From Octopus sinensis (Eukaryota), in the NCBI RefSeq assembly GCF_006345805.1, contig NC_043013.1, positions 14,136,001-14,200,000 on the forward strand: DNA of 64,000 bases, in the 5' to 3' direction. Shown piece by piece: positions 37,386 through 50,473 of the stretch. Below the pieces are notes generated by a model. The model was not told where the DNA came from. It saw nothing but the letters and a program-made list of their open reading frames with translations, and ran no database searches. Both the position numbers and the translations under genes were made by a program. Numbering within the stretch: position 1 is the first letter of the stretch; every line of letters begins with the position of its first letter.

Positions 37386-37801
37386 GTGCCCTGTTGAAGG
37401 GCACCTCGTTACCATCGTTACGATAATGGACTATTATCTTACCTCTTAAAGATGCTTACCTTGGTATATTAAAACACAAACAATACCTTGGTGGGGTCTC
37501 TATGTGATTTTTCTAGGTATGGTGGCTAAAATATGCAATGCGATATATCGTTTCGCAGTACCGGTATATTCTACAAAATGAGAAAGACGCAGTCATTGTT
37601 TCATCTTTCAGATGCATACATAAATAAATTATTTTACATAAGTGGAATGATTAGAGGAGGTCTTTACGGTCATTTTAAGACCAAAACCGGCTTCCTAACT
37701 TCATTCCTTGCCGAGGTATTCTGAAAGTCGCGAAACTTTGACTGCGTTTTTCTCGGTTTTTAAGTTGTGACGCTTACCACGGTCTGTTACTAAACGCCGC
37801 T

Positions 37802-37872
<71 letters not shown>

Positions 37873-38773
37873 AAGAGATAGATAGATGTACATGTACGTG
37901 CAGGCAACCTTATTTGAATCAGTGACGTCATGTTTCATTGGGAGTCATCTATAGTTACATCCCCTGTCACATCGCTAGCAACTAGATGGCACTTGTTACC
38001 TAGCTATGTTGATAGATAGATAAATGATTTTCATTTCTTATTTTGGCACAAAGCCAGCAATTTTGATGGGTCAGAAGATCGATTACATCGACCCCCAGTG
38101 CTCAGCTGGTACTTGTTTTATCGACTCCCAAACGATGGAAAGCAAAGTCGACATCGACGTAAGTTGAACTCAGAACATAAACGCAGGCAAAAGGATAATA
38201 GATAACAGATAGATAGACAGTCAAGCAGACAGACAGACAGACACACGCACGCACACACACATATATAGTAACAAAAAAAGGATGAGGAGAATTTCAATTA
38301 TCTCCACATGGTAAGTTGTAATGCAGAAAAAATATATATAAAATAAAAGAAGGAAAATGCACACAGTTTGCATAGTTTTAATATATTTTAAAATATATTT
38401 TATAAGTGAAAGAGTATTGTGTTTGTCGACCGGTTTCGCTTTCGCTAATCAAGACCTGAAATTATTGTAATTTCGTATTTTCTTAAGAATATTTTAGTCC
38501 ACGTTGTGTGCGGAGAAATTTGTGAATGAATAATTCAACAAATAGAAAAATCTAAGGGGTAATTGGTAATCGTTATTATTGGGGACAAGGGAGGTAAACT
38601 GCTCATCTTTCGAGAAGAATAAATAAATATATATAAATAAGAATTCATGAATTATAATATATACTGAGACCAAAGTTGGTTATGCGTTCATATTTAGGCG
38701 AGTTCTGTATTTTTCGATGAATAAATACATGAATATATATATACTTTATTTAAAAGCAGCAGAAATTCAACAA

Positions 38774-38817
38774 AACCTGTTACTCGGAGTTTCACGTTCC
38801 CGTTCGTCGGACAGTTT
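38774..38817 (-). ncRNA. Candidate minimal type I hammerhead-like motif (U4C variant)
   Basis: CTGT-CCGACGA-ACG[GGAA]CGT-GAAA-CTCCGAG-TA-ACAG; stems I, II and III can be drawn. Confidence 0.4.
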
Positions 38818-38908
38818 CTGCTGCTTTTAAATAAAGCATATTACTCTACCTCTGGTATTTGAGGACTCTTTTTTTCCACCTTGTTTCACATTTATGTGTT
38901 TACTCCGG

Positions 38909-38944
<36 letters not shown>

Positions 38945-38953
38945 ATATATTAT

Positions 38954-38999
<46 letters not shown>

Positions 39000-39298
39000 A
39001 TTATATATATATATATATAAAAAGTTCATAATTGTTTCTTACTGGTTTCAACAGAATCCACGTGGTTGTTTTTTGTGGGGAGTAAGTATAATAGTAAGAA
39101 ACAATTATGAACTTTTTTATTACACTTAACTTTTAAAAATATTTTTGATAAGGTTCGTTTTTTCAAGAAGAACCGAAACATGAAAAATGTCTAAGAAAAT
39201 TAAAATTTAATTTATATAGTGGCGTTTTCAAACTTCTTTTTTATAAATATATACCCACTCGTATACGATCTACACTTATTATAAATATACATATATAC

Positions 39299-39385
<87 letters not shown>

Positions 39386-39726
39386 ACAAAACTTATATAT
39401 AAAGAACGTGAAATTCACGAATTGACAAACACAGAAAAACGGACAGTAATTCAGAGCCTTCACTCTTCAGTCAGAAACCGATTCATCATGGCAAATTTCG
39501 GCTGTTTAATTCTGAGATTTGCCCCGAAAAGGCCAGCCCCAAGGAAAAGCTAAGCTATGGGCATTAGATTTGCTTGGTAGAAGGAAAGAATGTGACAACC
39601 GAGACGAATAGGAAAACAAGAGACGAAGATAAAATTGGAAACAGTAACGAATAAAAACAGGAATGATACGGGGGCGTCTTACGACTTTGAGACAAAATGA
39701 GACAAAACAATTGATCAGCAAGCGTG

Positions 39727-39781
<55 letters not shown>

Positions 39782-39789
39782 TATATACA

Positions 39790-39848
<59 letters not shown>

Positions 39849-39900
39849 GTGTGTATATATATATATATACATATATATATACATGTATATATATGTATGT

Positions 39901-39932
<32 letters not shown>

Positions 39933-39943
39933 ATATATGTATG

Positions 39944-40060
<117 letters not shown>

Positions 40061-41025
40061 TATATATGTATGTATATATAAATCTTTAGGTAAATATATT
40101 CAATAAGAATATTTTATACTGAATTTATATTGAGTGCTCCATTGTATAAAAATATTAATACTATTAAAGTATTTATATATTTAATACGAGCGATATATAC
40201 ATATATTTTTAAATAATGTATTATTATTATTTTTAATAATATAAGAAAATCAATAATTTCTTTCATCTTTATGATGAGTTTGGATATTGATTTTCTTATA
40301 TTAATAATAATAATGATATATTATTAAAAAATATATGTATGTATGTATATATATATGTTAATAAAATAGAACATATGCATATATATAAACATATATGTAC
40401 GTACCTACCTCTACATGTGCATATACACGCATATATGTGTACAGGACACCAAAAAGACGTCGAACACATAGAGAGACGAAAAACATAGACACAAACCAAG
40501 GAACAAGACAAGCAAAAAAAGAGATACAGGACAATAAGCACAACGAAAAATCCCCTTCTTCAGTCGCTAAGGTTTCATCTACTAAACGTTTCGAAGATAA
40601 AAGCGAGACGTATACTTCGAAGAAAACTTCCTTCCTGCGAAAAGCAAATCAATTAAAATTCTGAGATCTTTCGCAGAGGGAAAAAAAGCAAGACGGTAAC
40701 GACAGTACAAACATATAAACAGTACAAAAAAATATATATAAACAGTGGGAAAATAAATATATAACAGTGAGAGACAGGACAAGGAGAAAAGATAAGAAGG
40801 GCTGTTAACGCCAGACGAGAAAAGTATTGCAAACGCTGGATTATAGTGGACGACGAGAGAGAAAGAAAGTCGACCAGTAGCCTTAGAAGGCGGGCGAGAA
40901 AAGACAGGATAGCAGTTACGACGGAAGTATCGTCGCAGATGGACGACGGGAATGGGGGAGGAGGAGCAAGAGGAAAGAGAGAAGAAGGGGAATGGTGCGA
41001 GGGGAGAGGGAGAGAGAGATGGGAG

Positions 41026-41069
<44 letters not shown>

Positions 41070-41326
41070 ATTGATAGCTGGAAAGTTCAAGAGGGATAGT
41101 TGAGTGGATAGATACATGAATTAGAGCGACATACATACATGCCTCCACCCACCCATACACATTACTAAAGCGATCGAGGTACTTTATATCCAAAGTTAGA
41201 AATCCATCGCAATAAAGACGAAGCAAAGCGTAATTTCATAAGGAAATGTGATGCAATAGATATTGAGATTGACAAATTTATAAATAAATAAACAAAGAAA
41301 CAAATAAATAAATATATTCTTTTCTA

Positions 41327-42087
41327 CTCTAGGCACAAGGCCCGAAATTTTTTTTGGGGGCGGAGCCAGTCGATTAGATCGACTCCAGTACGCAACTGGT
41401 ATTTAATTTATCGACCCCGAGAAGATGAAAGGCAAAGTCGACCTCGGCGGATTTTGAACTTAGAACGTAAAGACAGACGAAATACCTATTTCTTTATTGC
41501 CCACAAGGGGCTAAACACAGAGAGGACAAACAAAGACAGACAAACGGATTAAGTCGATTACATCGACCCCAGTGCGTAACTGGTACTTATTTTATCGACC
41601 CCGAAAGGATGAAAGGCAAAGTCGACCTCGGCGGAATTTGAACTCACAACGTAAAGACAGACGAAATACCTATTTCTTTACTACCCACAAGGGGCTAAAC
41701 ACAGAGAGGACAAACAAAGACAGACAAACGGATCAAGTCGATTACATCGACCCCAGTGCGTAACTGGTACTTAATTTATCGACCCAGAAAGGATGAAAGG
41801 CAAAGTCGATCTCGGTGGAATTTGAACTCAGAACGTAAAGACAGACGAAATACCTATTTCTTTACTACCCACAAGGGGCTAAACACAGAGAGGACAAACA
41901 AAGACAGACAAACGGATCAAGTCGATTACATCGACCCCAGTGCGTAACTGGTACTTAATTTATCGACCCAGAAAGGATGAAAGGCAAAGTCGACTTCGGT
42001 GGTATTTGAACTCAGAACGTAACGGCAGACGAAATACTGCTAAGCATTTCGCCCGGCGTGCTAACGTTTCTGCCAGCTAGCCGCCTT
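41327..42087 (-). mobile_element. SINE family A multimer: head + 4 bodies
   Basis: Junctions at ~41486, 41670 and 41854 (184-bp period). The terminal body carries a different tail subtype. Confidence 0.9.
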
Positions 42088-42380
42088 GAATAACCAAATA
42101 TATAAGCCAAAACATTACGATTGTCACTGGAAACTGAATGCGTCGTTACCAACGCACAAATACTACAGCAACCAATTTTCGAATTTTGGCTGACGATAGT
42201 GGCAATCGTTAACTGGCGGTTTGTGTAGAATAGATAAGACACCACAAAGAGATAGTGACCGAAAACAAATAGAAATTTAGAAGATAAAGAAAGATATCAC
42301 TAGTGAGTTGCTAGTGTTGACAGTAGACTTCGGCCATTCCTTTAACGCGAAACATGAAGATTGTGTTATTACAGTTAAAA

Positions 42381-42415
<35 letters not shown>

Positions 42416-42420
42416 ATATA

Positions 42421-42598
42421 GGCGTAGGAGTGGCTGTGTGGTAAGTAGTTTGCTTACGAACCACATGGTTCCGGGTTCAGTCCCACTGTGTGGCACCTTG
42501 GCCAAGTGTCTTCTACTTTAGCCTCGGGCCGACCAAAGCCTTGTGAGTGGATTTGGTAGATGGAAACTGAAAGAAGCCGTCGTATATATGTATATATA

Positions 42599-42653
<55 letters not shown>

Positions 42654-42870
42654 GTGTGTATATGTTTGTGTGTCTGTGTTTGTCCCCCCCCCAACATCGC
42701 TTGACAACCGATGCTGGTGTGTTTACGCCCCCGTAACTTAGCGGTTCTGCAAAAGAGACCGATACAATAAGTACTAGGCTTACAAAGAATAAGCCCTGAG
42801 GTCGATCTGCTCGACTAAAGGCGATGCTCCAGCATGGCCGCAGTCAAAATGACTGAAACAAGTAAAAAAG
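42421..42870 (+). mobile_element. Full-length SINE family B
   Basis: A/B boxes, internal (TA)n, AAGTAAAAAAG tail. Confidence 0.88.
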
Positions 42871-43319
42871 TCGTTGAACTGTTCAACTGCCAGAAGAGCA
42901 ACGTCTTTTTTTTTTTCACAATTTCTCAATTCAGTCTTCGACAGACCGACACGGATGCGTGCTACTCGATTCCAAGGAGGTGTTTGCGGCTTTTTCTACA
43001 GCACTTTGAGTAACCGTAACTGTTCTAAGCGGGAGGTGAACAGGAGACGGTAGTGTTTGTTAATGGTTTCCTCGAAGGATAGCCATGAAAAGCTGAAATC
43101 TGCAGCAGAGACACATGAGACGGTGAAGCAGTTGAGCGAGTGACATACTCATTGTTTTGGTTGATCTGTTTTACGAGCTTTACGTATTCATAGCAGACTT
43201 GTTTGACAACATCGTGGCAAATGTTCACAACAACTTGCATGCTGCAGTAGAGAATTATCTGTTCAGTGAACCAGTATATAATAGTACTACTAAAAAAGGA
43301 CGAGAACATGGACATTATC

Positions 43320-44111
43320 TATTTCAATACTACCCACCAGAGACTAAACATAGAGGACAAACAAGGACAGACAAATGGATTAAGTCGATTATATCGACCC
43401 CAGTGCGTAACTGGTACTTATTTTATCGACCCCGAAAGGATGAAAGGCAAAGTCGACCTCGGCGGAATTTGAACTCAGAACGTATAGCGGCAGACGAAAT
43501 ACCTATTTCTTTACTTCCCACAAGGGACTAAACATAGAGGACAAACAAGGACAGACAAACGGATTAAGTCGATTATATCGACCCCAGTGCGTAACTGGTA
43601 CTTATTTAATCGACCCCCGAAAGGATGAAAAGCAAAGTCGACCTCGGCGGAATTTGAACTCAGAACGTATAGCGGCAGACGAAATACCTATTTCTTTACT
43701 ACCCGCAAGGGGCTAAACACAGAGAGGACAAACAAGGACAGGCACACGGATTAAGTCGATTATATCGACCCCGGTGCGTAACTGGTACTTATTTTATTGA
43801 CCCCGAAAGGATGAAAAGCAAAGTCGACCTCGGCGGAATTTGAACTCAGAACGTATAGCGGCAGACGAAATACCTATTTCTTTACTACCGCAAGGGGCTA
43901 AACACAGAGAGGACAAACAAGGACAGGCACCACGGATATTAAGTCGATTATTATATGACCCCGGTGCGTAACTGGTACTTATTTTATTGACCCCGAAAGG
44001 ATGAAAGGCAAAGTCGACCTCGGCGGAATTTGAACTCAGAACGTAACGGCAGACGAAATACAGCTACGCATTTCGCCCGGCGTGCTAATGTTTCTGCCAG
44101 CTTGCCGCCTT
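43320..44111 (-). mobile_element. SINE family A multimer: head + 4 bodies
   Basis: Junctions at ~43503, 43688 and 43874. Confidence 0.9.
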
Positions 44112-44183
44112 GGCAATGCAATAGTTACCGTGGCGTGCACTGCACGTCATAGCTGTAGAATACTGTGACACGAAGTTCTCTTC

Positions 44184-44374
44184 AAGTTCCTGGCTTTGGG
44201 TAGAAGAAAATACTGGAGGATCAGTTAATTATGATTTTATTCAACATATTCGCTGCTCAGATTTACACACTTATTGCAGTGGTCCTGCAATTTATGTAAC
44301 CCCTTTAAAAGAAGGTTGGTCCTCTAACCAAGCCTTTCGCGATACCCTTAAAACCTGGGACTTTCCAGCACCCC
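44184..44374 (-). mobile_element. mariner-derived MITE remnant
   Basis: Partial TIRs AAGTTCCTGGCTTT / AAAACCTGGGACTTTCCAGCACCCC. Minus strand reads ...HCNKCVNLSSEYVE* (mariner C-terminus). Confidence 0.6.
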
Positions 44375-44427
44375 ATGCAGTGGTGTGCAACGATGTGTAA
44401 TACAGTTGAGTATATTGCTGCCAAATT

Positions 44428-44844
44428 AAGGCGGCAAGCTGGCAGAAACATTAGCGCGCCGGGCGAAATGCTTAGCAGTATTTCGTCTGTCGTTACGTTG
44501 TGAGTTCAAATTCCGCCGAGGTCGACTTTGCCTTTCATCCTTTCTGGGTCGATAAATTAAGTACCAATTACGCACTGGGGCCGATGTAATCGACTTAATA
44601 CTTATGTCTGTCCTTGTTTGTCCCCTCTGTGTTTAGCCCCTTGTGGGTAGTAAAGAAATAGGTATTTCGTCTGCCGTTACGTTGTGAGTTCAAATTCCGC
44701 CGAGGTCGACTTTGCCTTTCATCCTTTCGGAGTCGATAAATTAAGTACCAGTTACGCACTGGGGCCGATGTAATCGACTTAATCCATTTGTCTGTCTTTG
44801 TTTGTCTCCTCTGTGTTTAGCCCCTTGTGGGTTGTAAAGAAATA
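44428..44844 (+). mobile_element. SINE family A dimer: head + 2 bodies
   Basis: Junction at ~44660. TSD AGTATATTGCTG(C/T)CA at 44409-23 and 44845-59. Confidence 0.9.
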
Positions 44845-44859
44845 AGTATATTGCTGTCA

Positions 44860-45290
44860 GTTGCAGTTTTGTGCAGCATTGTGTCATATAATGCAGTATG
44901 GTGCTGCAGCATACACTGCACGTCATAACTGTAGAGTACTGTGACATAAAGTACTCTATAGTGATGGTGTGTCATGCAGTGGTGTGTGCAGCGATGTGTA
45001 CTACAGTGCAGTGTATTGGTGTAAGATGCAGTCGTGTGCAGTGATATTTGATGTAGAGATGTGCACTAATGCAATACAGTGCAATTTGATGCTGTAACAC
45101 GGAGTACCCTGTAATAGCACTGTGCCATGCAATACTGGGTAGTAATGCATTATGCAGTGAAGTGTATCGATGTGTCGCACTGTTGTGTGCAACGTTGTGC
45201 ATCGATGTGTTGTGCCATTGTGTCAAAAGTTGTGCATCCCGTATCGGTGCAGCAGGCAGTTTGAAGTTGTGCAGAACAACGCTGTGTCGA
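44860..45290. repeat. Degenerate (TGCAG/TGTGT)-type pentamer-rich repeat
   Basis: Recurrent GTGCA/ATGCA/TGTGC motifs, partly duplicated at 44130-44180 and 44375-44420. Confidence 0.55.
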
Positions 45291-45868
45291 GGTTCAGTTT
45301 AACGAACCTGCATCGTATGTGGTAATAAGGAATGATAGAATAGGACAGAGAGAGAGAGTGAGTAGGAGGTAGAGAGTATGGGAGACAGAGAGAGGAGGAG
45401 CGAGAGAGAGAGTAGCAGGTTGAGAGCGGGAGATGGTGAAAGACTCAACAGAAAACACACACATACACTCTCCCTCTTGCGCCTCTCTCTCTCTACCCCC
45501 CTCTCTCTCTCTCCCTCTCCCTCTCTGTCTCTCTCTCACGGAAAAAACTTTCGCTTTGATACAATATACATACATATATATATATAAATATACACACTTA
45601 GCAAACAGATTCACATAGGCAGAGGATGAAAACTCGATAGAAACAACATAAGGTGAGTGGAAATCTTTAATAGCCACTAATAGAAGAAAATATAGACACA
45701 ACACCTCCCTCCCTCTTTTAATACACGCGCGCAGACACACACTCACGCGCACGCGCGCATACGAGCGCGCGCACACACGCATACACAATCACTGTCTCCT
45801 CACCAGCAGCTTGTAGTGATGTAGACGGAGTCCAGTACTACATTTCCATTTTGGATCCATATATATAC

Positions 45869-46057
45869 AATACTATGTTACATTACTCGGTAGTCAAGAT
45901 AAAACTCTGAGTTTCAGATGCCGAAGTGGAAATCCACAACACCATCTATTCGGTTATCTGTTGTGTCCAGATAACCGAATAGATGGTGTTGGGATTTCCA
46001 CTTCGGCATCAGAAACTCAGAGTTTTATCTGACTACCGAGTAATGTAACATAGTATT
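45869..46057. repeat. Near-perfect palindrome, ~90-bp arms, 7-nt loop
   Basis: Arms 45869-45960 and 45968-46057; 3 differences; loop TTGTGTC. Confidence 0.95.
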
Positions 46058-46124
46058 TATAGATAAATTTCCTCTATTTACAAATTATTGAGGTCTATTT
46101 CTTTCTTTTGTTATCTTAACGTTT

Positions 46125-46208
<84 letters not shown>

Positions 46209-46302
46209 TGTGTGGGTGTGTGTGTGTGGTGTGTGTGTGTGTGAGTTATATACACACACATATATGTAACATGTTTATGAGTGTGAGCATATATATATGT
46301 AT

Positions 46303-46342
<40 letters not shown>

Positions 46343-46624
46343 GCATGTATGTATGACTGTATATATGTATATATAGATATATATATATATATATTATGCA
46401 TGTATGTTGACTGTATATATTATGTATGTATGTATGTATATATGTTTGTATGTATCTATTTTTATTTTATATATATTGTAGAGAAAATATGCATATACAT
46501 ATATATACACACGCACACACACACACATATATTTATATACATACACATATATGTACACCTGTTTATGAGTGTGTGAATATATTTATGTGTATATATATAT
46601 ATGTATATATATATTACGTATGTA

Positions 46625-47440
46625 TGTATGAATGTATATATACATGCATATATGTATGTATGTATGCATGTATGTATGTATGTATGTATGTATCTATCTA
46701 TCTATCTCTATATATATGTAGAGAAAATATGCATATACTTATATATATATATATGTATGAACGTATGTATGTATATATTATCTAATATATATATACATGT
46801 ATATATATCTATACATATATATATATATATATAGAGAGAGATGAGAGAGAGATGTACATATATCTATCTATATATATATATATATATATATATAGATGTA
46901 CATATATCTATATATATTATATATATATATATATAGACGTACATATATCTATAAAAGTATATATACGTGTGTATGTACGCGTTTGTTGCACACACACATA
47001 GAAATGTATATATGTATGTATGTATGAATGTATATATACATGCATATATGTATATGTATGCATGTATGTATGTATGTATGTATGTATCTATCTATCTATC
47101 TCTATATATATTAGAGAAAATATGCATATACTTATATATATAGATATGTATGAACGATGTATGTATATAATTATCTATATATATATATACATGTATATAT
47201 ATATATACATATATATATATATTATAGAGAGAGAGGAGAGAGATGTACATATATCTATCTATCTATATATATATATATCTATATATCTAGATGTACATAT
47301 ATCTATCATATATATATATATATATATATAACGTACATATATCTATAAAAGTATATATACGTGTGTATGTACGCGTTTGTTGCACACACACATAGAAATG
47401 TATATATGTATGTATGTATGAATGTATATATACATGCATG
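46625..47440. repeat. ~395-bp tandem duplication of compound microsatellites
   Basis: Anchor GAATGTATATATACATGCAT at ~46630, 47026 and 47420. Confidence 0.75.
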
Positions 47441-47832
47441 TATACCAGCGGTGGTGCCCCAGCATGGCCGCGGCCTTCGCACTAAAACATTTTTAAGGAT
47501 TTAAGGATTTATATGCATGTATGCATATTTGTTATGTATGTATCTATCATTCATTCCATTTGTGTGAAAGTGTGTGTGTGCAAATATATATGCAGACTGC
47601 TTTAATGCAGGAAAGTATACTAGTCCCTTAATATTTTATATTCAACATTTCATCTATTCAATAAGACAATCACTACTTCATTTCATTATACTACTATATA
47701 TAATATTTATACAATATATTCTATATTCTACATTAATATTATAAAGAATATAAATAAAACATAAAAAACAGAGTTGGAATTTCTTTGAATAATATATATC
47801 CCTCTATACACAATCATACAAAACCTTTTCTA

Positions 47833-47906
<74 letters not shown>

Positions 47907-47920
47907 CGTACATACATACA

Positions 47921-47952
<32 letters not shown>

Positions 47953-48174
47953 AAAATACATGTACACACACACACACACATCGCTTGACAACCGATGCTG
48001 ATGTGTTTACGTCCCCATCACTTAGCGGTTCGGCAAGAGATACCGATAGAATAATACTAGTCTTAGAAAGAATAAGTCCTGGGGTCGATTTGCTTGACTA
48101 AAGGCGGTGCTCCAGCATGGCCACAGTCAAATGTTTGAAACAAATTAAAGAATAAAAGAATATATATGCATGTA

Positions 48175-48720
48175 TGTTTCTGTAAACCGTTAATTTCCTC
48201 TACTAAAGCATCTTACAAAGTTGTCAGCAGGTTCACTATGGGTACTAAAATCGCTCCCATTTAGGCTAACCTATTTGTAGGCTACATGGAGGATCAAAGG
48301 GGCTTAAATGAATGTTTTTTTTCTTCAACTCTTTCACGCTATCCTAGTATCAGAGTAATCCATGCTTTATCCATTCACCTCCCCCTGATCTAAATTTTCC
48401 CCTCCATCTGTCATCGTTAGCTTCTTATTTATTTTTAGTTTCTCTTTTATTCACTTTCTGTCATCCAGTGCTTTTCTCCTACTTCCCATCCGCGTTCACA
48501 CTTCCAATTTTGGTTTCTGTTCCCCATCAGTTGCAGCCAGTCGACGGGATCAAAAACTCTTCCGTTTTCCCTTTTCATCTTCCTATAAGCACAAACTTGA
48601 AGAAAGACTTTATCTGAAACGTCAGAAACTCTCACCAGCAATATTCCTTTATTCTTTGTCACTTTACGAAATAATACAAGTCTTGCTGATGCGGACTACA
48701 ACTAATCTATTTGGAGTCTA
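48175..48720 (+). mobile_element. Penelope-like element remnant
   Basis: FTMGTKIAPI*ANLFVGYME resembles the PLE RT motif G.AMG...AP.YANLFM. A downstream pLTR-like region has TGAAGA...GAAACGTC at 48596-48627. Confidence 0.6.
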
Positions 48721-49547
48721 TTTTATCTGACATACATACATACATACATACATACATACATACATACATACATACATACATACATACATACATACATACA
48801 CATAAACATAAAAAATAATGTATACATGTAGGCGTGGCTGTGTGGGTAAGAAGTCTGCTTCCAAACCACATGATTCTAGGTTCAGTGGCACCTTGGCAAG
48901 TGTCTTCAACTCTAGCTTTGGGTCGACAAAATCGTTGTGAGTGGATTTAGTAGACGGAAACTAAAAGAAGTCCGTCCTATGCACACACATATACACATAT
49001 GTATGTATGTATGTATGTATGTAGTATGTATGTATGTATGTATGTATGTATGTATGTGTCTTTGAGTTTATGTTTGTCCCACACCATCACTTGACAGCTG
49101 GTGTTGGTTTGTTTACGTCCACGCAATTTAGTGGCTCACCAAAAAAGTCTCATTGAATTAAGTATCAGATTTAAAAAAAAGTACTGTGATCGAAGAAGTG
49201 TCTCAGAATAGCCGTAGTTTAATGACTGAAACAAATAAAATATACATACATACATGCATACATACATACATACATACATACATACATACATACATACATA
49301 CATACATACATACGTACGTACATGCGTACATACATACATACAAACATACATACATACATCCAAACACACATACATAATACATACATACATACATACAAAC
49401 ATACATACAAACATACATACACACATACACACATACATACATGCTTGCATACAAACATACATACGCACATACATACATACATACACACATACATACATAA
49501 TACATACATACATACATACATACATACATACATACACACGCACATAC

Positions 49548-49824
49548 ATCACGTGACCGACCAGACCATCAGATGTTGTTACACATCGCTGGTCACAATG
49601 CGTTCGCATTGTTTTAGCCTTCGAATGACGCCACACTGCTGGCTAAGCGAGCAGGCCAACAGGAGAAAGAGTGGTGAAAGAGTACAGCAGGGATCACCAC
49701 CCCCTGCCGGAGCCTCGTGGAGCCTTTAGGTGTTTTCGCTCAATAAACAACAGTGTGGGAATCGAAACCGCGATCCTACGACCGCGAGTCCGCTGCCCTA
49801 ACCACTGGGCCATTGCGCTTCCAC
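49548..49824 (-). mobile_element. SINE family C embedded in (CATA)n
   Basis: A box TGGCCCAGTGG, B box GGTTTCGATTCC; (CATA)n on both sides. Confidence 0.85.
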
Positions 49825-50162
49825 ACATACATACATACATACATACATACATACATACATACATACATACATACATACATGCATACATACATACATACAT
49901 ACATACATACATACATACATACATACATACACGCAAGCAAGCTTGAGTGGAAGGACTAGGTTTTTAACAGTTGTTTATTCCGGGTGTTGTGTTGCAGCTT
50001 ATCAAGACAATATTTCATTTTTATCCGGCTAAAAAATTCACTCTTGATCATATAGGTTCACGTGACCAATAGGAAGACATATTTTGTTTTGTAGTTAGCA
50101 GAAGATATATTTTCTTTTAGGTGACAACGATCTCTTACTTGCTTGCTTTTGTGCATGTATAC

Positions 50163-50203
<41 letters not shown>

Positions 50204-50394
50204 ATCCAAACATGAAAACACAAAGAGAAAACACAACAACGCGAGGACGTGGAACAAGTATAGTGTTATTGGACGATCAGGAAAGGAAAGAAAGAAGGAG
50301 GATTTAAAGTTTCGTGCGGAGCTCTTCGTCAGAAACATAGGAAAAGGAAAGCTCCAAGAAAGGGAAGACGGAGGGGAAAAAATCGCCAACGGTA

Positions 50395-50469
<75 letters not shown>

Positions 50470-50473
<4 letters not shown>

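Noticed and set aside
39441-39480. Hammerhead-like CTGACTGA-AGAG..CTCT-GAAT on the minus strand
   Set aside because: Core insertion, broken GAAA and no stem I partner; too degenerate to call.
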